Assembly (NCBI GenBank): GCA_016748015.1 | Contig: JAAOMT010000309.1 | Span: 1-64,000 of the forward strand | DNA: 64,000 nt | Source: Geosiphon pyriformis uo1 | Lineage: Eukaryota > Fungi > Glomeromycota | Reading direction: 5' to 3' | In this document: positions 1-10,101 of the stretch, piece after piece | Layout: each line of letters begins with the position of its first letter | How positions within the stretch are numbered: the stretch's first letter is position 1 | The notes under the pieces: model-generated | Told to the model about the DNA's origin: nothing | Seen by the model: the letters and a program-made list of their open reading frames with translations, nothing else | The model's database searches: none | Program-made: the position numbers and the translations under genes

Positions 1-330
1 AAGACTGAAGAAAAATTTTTGTTTGGTAGTTTTTATAGAGAAGAAAAACCTAATTTATTTTGTTTACTAGTATAATGAATATATTGAAATTTTCCACATC
101 TATTTCTTTAAAATTAAAAAAAATACTAAAACATAAATGATGGTTTTAATAAAATAATAATTCAAAGCATAAATGTAAAATTGCTCAGGTATTTATTGCT
201 GAAAATATTTATAATGTTATTAATTGGCTTGTCAATTTACTTAACTTAAAATTAACTGAAAACTTATAGGCTATTGTTAAAAAAAGAAGTGTCAGAAGAT
301 CTAAACTGGTTAATATTATTTATGGAAATA
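1..330 (+). mobile_element. Tc1/mariner (DDE_3-type) transposase fossil, C-terminal part
   Basis: From 138 the frame reads *WF**NNNSKHKCKIAQVFIAENIYNVINWLVNLLNLKLTENL*AIVKKR. Reverting mostly C>T/G>A changes gives WRFQQDNDPKH...IDWPANSPDL.P.ENLWAIVK, the Tc1 second-Asp and WPxxSPDLNPIE motifs. Confidence 0.65.
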
Positions 331-845
331 ACTTTGTGTGAGTGAATAATAGTGTATAAATTTTTTTTATTAGTTGAAATATAATAACCATTTTTTTAAA
401 TAAGGTTCAAATCTTAATTTTTTTTTAATCAGATTCTCTTTTGAGTTTTGTTTCTTTTAATAATTTAAAGGTTATTATTTATTTAAATGAGAAAACATAA
501 AATTTTAATGAAAAAAAAAAACATTAAAAATTTCTTTTTTTTTTGTTTTTAAAAAATATGCAAATAGTTTAGAAATGATTAAACAGAATAACCAAAAATT
601 ATGACAATGATGCTATTTTTTAAAATTTAGTGTTATCTAAAAGAGTAATGAAAAATTAGAAGTTTTCCAAATTTAATGAATTATAAAACTCTTAGTTATA
701 ATCACTAGTGACAATGATTAATCATATTATGTTTTATATTGTCAAAATTAAAAGTCCTTCAGCAAAATAAATAAAATAATACAAATGCCTGTAAATTTTT
801 ATTGANNNNNNNNNNNNNNNNNNNNAATATTTCTAATCATCAAGG

Positions 846-1250
846 TGGCTTTTTTAAAAGAAAAAAAATAGAATGGCTTTAGCAGGAATAGAAACTCAAT
901 ATTTAAAAATATTAGGTGTCGGATTAATATTACACATAAAGGGCACCTTCACAGCAAGTTTCTCTTCAATCGTCTCCCTAAATGCACATACTATAGAGAC
1001 GTCTTGGATAAATTTACCATATAAAGAAAGAAAAGTTAAGAATCTCTTATTGTAAAGTGATACGTAGCAGGTAGAAAAACGGGACTTACAGCTAAAGTTC
1101 TTCCTTCTCATATGGTCGCTTATTGAGAGTGGCCTTCAATGGCGTTAAATCTATGAAAGTTTGAGGTCAGATAAGTGACAAGAGCTAAACGATCATTGAG
1201 AGTTAGAAGAAATAAAATAAAATAATTTTCCAAACTGCCATCCCAAAACA
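846..1250 (-). pseudogene. Possible intron-containing gene remnant, product unknown
   Basis: The minus strand has a CTAAC branch site followed by TTTAG (~1205-1185), an exon-like LLSLI*PQTFIDLTPLKATLNKRPYEKEEL*, a GTAAGT donor (~1089) and GKFIQDVSIVCAFRETIEEKLAVK. I recognise no family. Confidence 0.25.
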
Positions 1251-1261
1251 AAAACACACGT

Positions 1262-1348
1262 ATAAATTTTCTTTTGTAAGACTGCTGATCACTGCCATCT
1301 GACGTCATGATGGCGATTTGATCAGTAGTCTTACAAAAGAAAATTTAT
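1262..1348. repeat. 87-bp palindrome (30-bp arms, 1 mismatch) with inner GCCATC/GATGGC arms and central TGACGTCA
   Basis: 1262-1291 ataaattttcttttgtaagactgctgatca versus 1319-1348 tgatcagtagtcttacaaaagaaaatttat. TGACGTCA lies at 1300-1307. Confidence 0.95.
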
Positions 1349-1511
1349 GTTATTCAAACAAGTGTCTCATTTTTTTATTATGTATGGATCCACATCTATA
1401 GGTTTTTATTAAGCTCAATTAATTCAGCATTAGACTTGAGTATCTCATAACGTTTTTTCCAGTTCCTCATAGATCTTGTGTTTTTTTGACTCTTCAAGCA
1501 ATTCTTCAACA

Positions 1512-2285
1512 ATATTTACATAAAACCAGTATTATTTGAATTTTTTAAGAGTTCTTTCACTGAAAGAAATATAGATGACAGTATATTAAGTTCTTAATGA
1601 ATACTTATTGATTTATTATTAATTGTATCTAGTTTCAAGGCATTTTGATTAAATGCTCTTAATCATTTGCACAATCTTGAAACATTAGAGAAACCTTATC
1701 TAAATCGATTTGTGTATCCAATGATCAATACAGCACTTTGGATATTTGGGAGAAGAAACTATATTTAGTAGTTTTACTGATTTGATTTTTAATATTGTAA
1801 AAAGCATTTCTGGTCATAATAATCAATGTGTTTATATGATTTCCATAGTGGTGAAATTCATTTACAAACAGAAAAATCATGTATTTGTGCAGATAAAATA
1901 GGCTATATAAATAATGTTACAAATTATCCTCTGATTTGTGGTGAAGGAGCAAGACCTAAGACTTCTAGAAAAAAACAAGATAAAGATAATATAAAGAATG
2001 CCATCAGTATGGTCCATCTTTACAATAATATCATTATTGAAAAAGCAAATATTTGACATCAATTGTTTGCTGATTTGCAAATTTATGGATTAACAACAAC
2101 ATTAAAGTATTATTAACGATGTTTGACTTTTATGATATGAATTGTAATATAATGTTTTAAACTAAGTGTGAACATAATCTCTTAACATATTTGAATATTT
2201 TTTTTAGATGTATATAGATTATTCAAAGTTGATCACTATTTTCTACCAAAAGACTGGTCAAATATGATATTTTTTGCTTAATAAG
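1512..2285 (+). pseudogene. Intron-containing pseudogene, putative PD-(D/E)XK/REase-like fungal protein (copy 1)
   Basis: ...LETLEKPYLNRFVYPMINTALWIFGRRNYI, then a GT-AG intron at 1768-1848 that restores frame into YGEIHLQTEKSCICADKIGYIN...LICGEGARP...KKQDKDNIKN; later YRLFKVDHYFLPKDW. Several stops. The nuclease assignment is motif-based inference only. Confidence 0.5.
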
Positions 2286-2299
2286 ATTGTTTATTTTTT

Positions 2300-3201
2300 T
2301 ATATTACACATAACAATTTTTCAGACTAATTTATTTATTTAAAAAATAATACAATAATCTTATTTTTAGAGAACAATTTATTAAGTCTTAATAAAATTAT
2401 AACAACAAAACCAGAAAGTATTAACATATTTGCTTTTAAGCTGCTTAATTTATAAATAATAGCAGCAGAAAAATATATATTAACAAGTAATACACTAATA
2501 CTTTTTTTTAAAAAAAACATTCAAATTTATATTAATATTAGCAACTAGTAACAAAACTTTTTATAGTTTTTATAACAAATTAATCAAGTCTAATCCAAGA
2601 AAAATTAACTTTATTAAATACAAAATAATATAATAAATCTGTTTTAAAGTTTTTTCAAAGTCGAAACAAACTGTTATATATTAAATTTTAAATAATACAT
2701 GTTGTCTTACCAGTTTTTTTTAAAAAAATACCAAAATTATATGTAATTGTGTTTATAAGTAAAGTAAATAATAGTGTTTTATAGCAATTTTTTAACAATT
2801 ATGCTGTTTAATTTAGATTAGCCTTGGCTATATATACAGAATTTTTATTAATTAAAATAAACTATTTAAAAATTAACAAATTAATTTAATTTAATTTGGC
2901 AAATTTTACTATAATTTTTTATTATAATTTAATAAGTTTTATTTAAATTGATATTATTGGTTTAAATATAAATCTAACAATTTTTACAAATTTTGATAAA
3001 ATAATAAGTTTTTTAATAACTGTATTTTTATTATAATGCTCTTTTTTTTATTTGTTAAAAAATAAATATTTAATACATAAAATTTTTTAACAAATATTTT
3101 CACTTTTTTTTTAATAATTTTGGAATTAATTCAAATTGTGTTCAAATTAATAGTGCAATAGAAAAAAAATGTTATTTTTTTTATGTTAAATTCAGAGATT
3201 T
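2300..3201 (-). mobile_element. Extremely AT-degraded LINE ORF1 fossil (host of the 3213-10012 insertion)
   Basis: The minus strand reads FKPIISI*IKLIKL**KIIVKFAKLN*INLLIFK*FILINKNSVYIAKA...KTLLFTL, collinear with ORF1 FGQVVSIQLQLIELWQKAVVEFAKSNQADQLAAKWSFLIGKDSVCVAKA...RALLFTL. The left boundary is approximate. Confidence 0.75.
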
Positions 3202-3360
3202 AAAAAAAAACTGAGTAAAACTTCTAAAACTTCTTTCTCTCTTTCGTCCCAAATTCCTGAAAAAGAGTCAAATTTTGAAAGTAGTTTTTTCTGTTTTTGC
3301 ATACTGTCTTCCAATATTTCACAAGAATCAAACCTTTTTTTTGTTGGCCTGGCTGCCACT

Positions 3361-5198
3361 ATGAGTGGTCCTAGTGCTAAGAGAAGATCTGCCAGAGTCT
3401 TGACCGCTGGTTCAGTTGGTGGTAGTTCAACTCAAAAAGTCAAAAAGCCTTTCAGTGGTGTTAAACTTTCAAGTACGGATAAGAATCTCAAAGATGGTGG
3501 ACATGTTAGTGTAGACGGGCAACCTACTAGCATGGATACAGATGGAGAAGCCTTTGATGGTAAAGTCATCTCTGACTCCCAAATGAATATGTCCAATGTG
3601 AAGCATTTCAATACTGGTGCGGCTATTGGTTCCCCTCTTGGCTCTATTAATTATGACATGGATGATGAAGAGGAAGTTTCTCTTCCTCTCCGTTTGTCTT
3701 TCTCTTTGGAAAAGGTGTGAGTGAACCCCAAAATTGTTAAAACTCAGGTGGAAGTAGCTGTGAAGAAATCTTTTGCTTTGGACATCAATCTTTTGGCTGT
3801 GGAAGGGAAATCGGCAATGGCTAAAACTCAAGTTGTAAGGAAATTATTTTCAAGAATCAATGGTTTTGGGGGGCCACTACCTCCTTAAAATTTGAAGGGA
3901 TCATCAGATTGACATTCACTTTGTCAGAAAGCATGGAGACCGCCTCATTGGCCAGGGAAAATGACATCATGGTAAACAGTGATCTTAAGAGACAAGGAGT
4001 TCGTTTAGATCGGGCAGTGGTTATCAAGAAAATTCCCATAGATATGCCAAAAAAAATGATCATCGCCACAGTGTCTGAATTTGGTCAAGTGGTGTCAATC
4101 CAATTGCAACTCATTGAGCTGTGGCAAAAGGCTGTGGTGGAGTTTGCCAAATCAAATCAGGCAGATCAGTTGGCAGCTAAGTGGTCATTCTTAATTGGGA
4201 AAGATTCAGTGTGCGTGGCCAAGGCTGTGCAGGATTGTAAGACATGAGTGTTTAGAGATCGGTATAGGGCGCTTTTGTTTACTTTGCCAGTGGAAACAAT
4301 GGCTCATGATCTTGGCAATCTTTTGGCGGGGGCTGGTGGGAAAACTTGTGTCATAAATTGTTCTTTAGACACTGGCAATAGGATTTGTTGTACTGTAATT
4401 TGTTTTGAGAATAACAAAGATTTGGAGTTTGCATTTCGTACAGAGCCTGTTTTTGGTGGGATGAAACTTTCTTGGGCTAGATTGGACCTGGTTCAGTGTG
4501 AATGGTGTGGAAAACTTGGTCATTTAGTTCTGGAGTGTGATGCTGAGGTCTCACATTCTCCTAAACTTTCCAAGTCATTTAAAAAAGTTGTCTCTGATGA
4601 GAACCGCCTTCAGTTGGCCAAGCTATATGCAAAAAAAAGTGTGCCTATTTTCAGACCGGCTGTATTTGGCGGCAAATCATGGGCCTAGGTTGTTTCTCTA
4701 GCGTCTTCATCTAATGGTCCTCACTTTGGTTTTGGTCCTGATTTTGGCTCTTCTCTTGGTGTCTTAGGTTTGGTTGGTAACTCGTCTCTTGCGGGTCTTG
4801 TTAGTTTGATTTTGGAAACTTGTCTCACTTCTCTGAAGTGCTCTTTGGAACTTTTCATGGATAAAGTGTCCGGTATTGTTGGCAAACTTGACAGTTTAAG
4901 CCTGGTGCCCTTGGCTCTTGCCTCCTTTTCTCAGCTCTTGGTTGCCCCTGGTTTAGTTGATACAAAATTCAGTTTGGATATGGTTTTAGATGAATCTGAT
5001 TCTGTGGTTGATCCTCCTTCTTTGATTTCTTTTGGTGCCTCAAGGTTGGGTTCGAGTAGTTCAAAAATTCTGACTTCAAAAGTGGGCTGCTTGGAGTCAA
5101 AGATGGTGGCTCTCGAAGCTTCAGTTAGTTTGGTATTGGAGAAGTTAGATCAGATGTGTGCTGGCTTGGGTTCTGCAGTCTCTTTTGTATCTCAATGA
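3361..5198 (+). pseudogene. LINE ORF1 (gag-like nucleic-acid-binding protein)
   Basis: ORF pieces 3361-3720, 3909-4247, 4248-4688 and 4770-5198, broken by TGG>TGA and CAG>TAG stops and frameshifts. CCHC knuckle CEWCGKLGHLVLEC. Confidence 0.9.
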
Positions 5199-8100
5199 GT
5201 GATTTAGTATAAAAAATAGCCACGTGTAATGTCAAGAGAATGAACAATTCAGCAAAGCAAGAGAACGTTATACGTTGGCACAGAGATTTGAACAATTTAG
5301 TTTCGATTGTTACTGAAACAAAGTTGAGAGATAAGATTTGGCCTTGGATTACTACCAAATTCGATGGTGTTTAGGTCTTCACTTCTGGTTTGAATTCTGG
5401 TTATCTTGGTTCTAATGTGGCAATTGTCATGAACAATTCTTTGGCAAGGCACATTTTCAAGGTTTCTGAGGTGTCTGGTTGGCTCTTTTCCGTCAGACTT
5501 CTCTTTAAAAATAAACTTTTGGTTTCTGTTTTGGGTCTCTACGCTGGTGCCTCTTCAGGTGTCTGATTCTTACAGGCTGGCAACATCAATTCTTTGATTG
5601 CTAAGGCAGTAAATGAATCATCTTTTGTGGTCTTGGGTGGCAACTTCAATGAAGATAGCATTTGTAAGAGTGCTAGTTTCAAAAAGTGCTTTGATCTGGA
5701 TCTGGTTAATGGCTTGGCTGGAAGTGTGCTTGCAAAGACACTGACATGGGGTAACTCTCGTAGTGTTGTCAAGACCATTGACTATATGTTTGTCTCTTCG
5801 AGCTTGATCAATGCTGTGGTAGATTGTGGTGTGACTGGTGTCGAGGACTTTTTTGATACTGATCATAAGGCTGTTTCTGTTTCTGTGAGCTTGGGTGGCT
5901 TGCTTGACTCTCAGCTGAATTCGATGTGCAAGCAGGCTAATAAAGATTGTTGGAAGTTTGATTTCGGAAATACTGGCGAGAAAGAGTGGAACAATTTTAA
6001 GAATGCTATGTTGGCCAATGACTTAACGTTTTCGAATAATTTTGCTGCTTCAGCGGAATCTTCAGATTTGGATGCTATGTGAAACATTGTACGTAAAGTA
6101 ATGGTTCTCTCAGCAGTTGGAACATTCAAAAAGAAATGATTTAAGGGTTATGATGAGGTTTTTACCAAGAGTTCTTCTAGGTTTCACAAGCTTGAGTTGT
6201 TGGTATCCAAGCTGGTCAAGGCATCTTGTTTGTTGTCTAGTGTGGAATTTGCATTATTGTTGAATATATGGAAGAAGCTCAATGTCAATGGTGCTTTGGT
6301 GGTAAAGTTTTTATTTCTTTCAAGTTCCAGTTTTAACAGGATTCGCTTGGCTCTGGCTAAGGTGAAGAAGTCTTACCGCTTTGCTAAGTTGCTGGAATTC
6401 AAACGTGCTGAGGAATCCCGTATCAGGGTGGCTATTGATAGAAGGATGGAAAGTTTTGAATCAGACAAGGGTCACACTATTAGGAGTGTTTTGGAGCATC
6501 CCTTTTGCAAAGTGGTACTGGATCATCTGGTTGTAGGTGATGAGTTGATTTTGGAGCCCAGCTTGGTCAAGACTAGGGTAGATGGGATCATAGAAGGCTG
6601 GACCAGGAAGCGCAAGGTGGTGCCAGATATCTCTGATATTTGGTCTCGCCAGTACATGTTTTTGGAGCATGTTTTCAATAGTGCATTTTCTGATGTGATG
6701 AGTCCTGTTAGTTTCAATGAATTGTTCAGTGTGGTTTCTGGTCTGTCTGAGGGCAAGGCTGCTGGTCTCTCTGGGATTTTGAACGAGCTTTGGAAACACT
6801 GTAACAGATCAATTTTGGACATGCTTTTGATACTTTTAAATTCTTGTTTGATTCGTGAGTCAATACCTAGTGCTTGGAAGGAAGCCTGGGTTTCAATGAT
6901 CCCTAAGCTGTATGAGTGGGAAGGAGTTTTTACGAACACCCAACCTATTACCTTGATTGAGACTGCCTGCAAAATTTTTTCCAAGATTCTTTCAGATAAG
7001 ATCTTGTTGGCTTGTAGTACTTTTGACGTTCTGCGTGGGAACAATTTTTCGGTTTTAAAGGGTACGACAACACAGTCTCCCATTTTTGCCATTGGTTCAG
7101 TTATTGAGGATGCTTTGGAGAAAAATCGTGAGCTCTGGTTGGTCTTGCAAGACATGTGGAAGACTTATGATTCTGTTGGATGGGAACACCTTCAGGACAG
7201 TTTGGTTAAGATAAAGATGTGTCAGAGGTTCATTAGGTTCTTTGGCGGCATCCACAATGGTCGCGTTAACAGAGTTATGATAGATTTTGGTTTGATAGAC
7301 GGATATGAGGTGCATGATGGCTTGGACCAGAGGGAGGTGTTCTTATCGCTCCTCTGGCACATATTTTATGATCTCCTTTTGTGTGAAGTTAAGAGACAGA
7401 TGAATGAATGTGGTTATAGATTGAATTCTCATTTTATTTCTGGATGTGGTCATGCTGAATCTCGGGCCAGTGTATTTTCATTTTTCGCAGTGGGTGTCTT
7501 TGTTGATGATATTATCTGAGTTGGCAGCAGTCAAAGTGCCACACAACACATTCTTAATGTTGCTAGTGAATTTTTCAGTATTAATGACATCTCAATTAAT
7601 AATAATAAGACTGTTGCCATTCCCATTAATTGTGATAGTATGGCTTCCTCTTTGTTGATCAGCAGGTCACCCATTTCTATTGCCAAGAAGGGGAAACTGC
7701 ATCACTATTTGGGGATCTATTTGTCAACTGAGGGTCTTTCGAAGCCTAACTTGGCTAAGACACATTTTGATGTCCAGTTTTTTTCTAATTTAATTCTGAA
7801 AAAGGTAGTATCTGATAAACAATTTTCATATTTGGTTTTGGCAGTCCTCTTTCCTATTATTGGATATAAAACACAGTTCAGTTACATTCCTATTAGTGCT
7901 TGTGGAAAGTGGGACACTTTGATTCGTAAGGGCTTGAGATCTAAGTTTGGTTTGCCACGTGATTTCCCCAATGATGTAATTCATCATCTCTCTCTGTATG
8001 GTTTGAAGACTTTTGAACAGGTTCAAGCTGAGAGCAAGATAGCTTCAGTCATTTCCTTCGCAAACTCTGTTGGGATTTTGGGGCGTCTATTTTCTCACTG

Positions 8101-9882
8101 GTCACATGATCTTCAGGTCCTCTGCTGGTGCCCACTACATTCTTTGTAGTATCTGGTTTGTGTCAAAGTCAATTCTCTAAACAATTTTCTGGCAGGTGTG
8201 GTGCATATTTTCTCTGGGTGTGATTTGTCATTGGATGGCTTTCTGCCTAGCGCTTTTCGTCATTAGAGTGGAACCCCTATGTCTCTTGTTCTTGGTAAAT
8301 CAAATTATGTCAAGAGTGTCTCATCACTTCGGCATTATGGGATTGCTTTTGTAGACCAGCTATGAGACCAAAATGGGCTGTTTTTGAGTGGAAGACCTTC
8401 AAACGGTGGAAACGGTTAGACCCACGTGGTTTGGTTCCTGTCTGGTTTGAGCTGTCAGTTTGTTTTCTTGGTGGTGTGTCTTCTCTTCCTGTCTGCTCCA
8501 CACTTTTGGCTGATCGCGGCTCTTCAAATGTTCTTCAGTCTTATGAATTTGGCATTATTGGCGCCAGTTTATTCAATTCTAATGTTGGTCGTCTTTCCGT
8601 TTACACAGATGGATCTCTAAATGATTTAGAGACTGTTAATATGAAAGCTGGGGCTGCTGTTTTCTTTAAGGACATTGGTATGAGTTTGGGTGTAGAGGTA
8701 TCTGGTTTGATGTTTTCTACCTTGACAGAACTGCAGGCTATTGCTCTGGCACTTGAGTGTGTCCCTCCTTCTCACTTGGTCGACTTGTTCTCGGACAGTC
8801 AGGCTGCTTTGAATGCTTGCAAGTTGAAAATGGAATTGGTTTGCCCAGATTTTAGGAATCGGTGTTGGATTGAACACTGCCATATTGTTAATGTTATTCA
8901 TCATAAGAATTTAAAAGTTAATTGGTGTAAGGTAAAAGGACACTCAGAGGTTTTAGGCAATGAACAAGCTGATAAGTTGGCTGGGGCTGCAGCTCTTTCT
9001 GGTTGGCATCTGCCTCATTCTGTCAATGAATGCTATCTTAGGGGTGGGGGAGCAGCCATTTCTGGTAATTCTAGACATTTTGTTCGGGATGTTTTTTGGT
9101 CAGTTCATCGTGCACATTGGGAAATCAGTTGTAGTATGAAGGTGGTGGCGGATAGTCTGCACACAGATATTGATTGGTTTAGGTCATCACTGGTTTGGCA
9201 TCTGGATTTTTACATGGCTGCTGGCTTCATTAGCAAGTGGACTGCTGGCTTCCAGACTTACTTTATGAAGGCATTGCACCATCGGCTCCCTGTCGCCATG
9301 CATAAGTGGCTTTATAATAAGTGATACCCCAGTGTGACATGTTTGTTTTGTGGTGATGTCGAAGTCTCAGACCATGTGTTTTCTTGTTCATTTGATGCCA
9401 ATGGTTGTGCTCAGTTGTTGGATGCTCATGCAGCAGTTTGGGGTGTGTGCTTTGGTTTGGCTCATTCTTCCTCAGGTGTCTCGCAGCTGATGTTTACTTG
9501 TGTATCTGACATTTCAGTTAGTACTGCTTTATGCAAAGGTTTTGTTTTCAAGAATTGGTTTCATGAGTCTGTTTTTGTCTTCAAGGATTCCAGGATAGCG
9601 GGTCAGACCATTGTGGCCTTTGTGCATGAATTTAGCTTGGCTTTTTGGGAAGACATTTGGTTGGTTCATGCCAAGTACCGTGCTTTTATGGAAAAGAATG
9701 GGCTTATTCCGTGCAATGAATCAGTTTCTGTCTTGATTTCTGGGCTTTCTTTAGGGCTGTTATCTGGTGTAACTTGGCTGCTGAATGTTGCTGAAGCGAT
9801 TGGTGTCAGTTTTGGATTCCATAAGTCTTGTTTGTTTTTTTCTGACATAGGGGATGAGGTTTCTGTTCATATAGATGCTTAG
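5195..9882 (+). pseudogene. LINE ORF2: APE endonuclease, reverse transcriptase, RNase H, Cys/His domain
   Basis: The ATG overlaps the ORF1 stop (ATGA). Endonuclease: ATCNV, TETKL, GGNFN, IDY, TDH. RT: KAAG, IPK, QPITL, LQDMWKTYDSV, FVDD, YLG. RNase H: VYTDGS, TELQAI, SDSQAA, KVKGH..GNEQADKLA. C-terminal CLFC...DHVFSC. Confidence 0.93.
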
Positions 9883-10101
9883 TGTTGTCCTAATTGGTCC
9901 AAGTGGCTGGTTATGTGTGGATAATGCATGATTCACATCTAGTTTAGATCATTTATATGATGTATTGCACTAGGCAGTGTTTGGACTTCGCTCATTAAAT
10001 ATTAATAAAAAAAAAAAAAAACTATTTACTTTATTAATATTAATTTATTTTTTTTTATAAATATTTTTTTTACTATTAATANNNNNNNNNNNNNNNNNNN
10101 N

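Larger units (their letters stand above)
3213..10012 (+). mobile_element. Full-length non-LTR retrotransposon (LINE, subfamily 1), inactivated
   Basis: 5'UTR, ORF1, ORF2, a ~125-nt 3'UTR and an A-run at 10007-10021. The TSD AAAAAAAAACT is at 3202-3212 and 10013-10023, preceded by TTT (an L1-type TT/AAAA site). Confidence 0.95.

Noticed and set aside
335-805. Possible Tc1 right TIR near 340-358 and further TE remnants
   Set aside because: The partner TIR is outside the window and the rest is too AT-eroded to assign.
6461-7315. Antisense ORFs over LINE ORF2 (for example 6523-7155, 210 aa)
   Set aside because: Shadow frames of the RT coding strand, with no motifs and not preserved in subfamily 2.
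3361-9882. Alternative genetic code (TGA/TAG read-through) explaining the in-frame stops
   Set aside because: All three stop types occur, differ between copies at Trp/Gln/Arg codons, and come with frameshifts. This is mutation, not recoding.
9883-10006. Self-cleaving ribozyme in the LINE 3'UTR
   Set aside because: I could not find hammerhead cores (CUGANGA/GAAA) or an HDV-like pseudoknot. Only stem-loops are supported.
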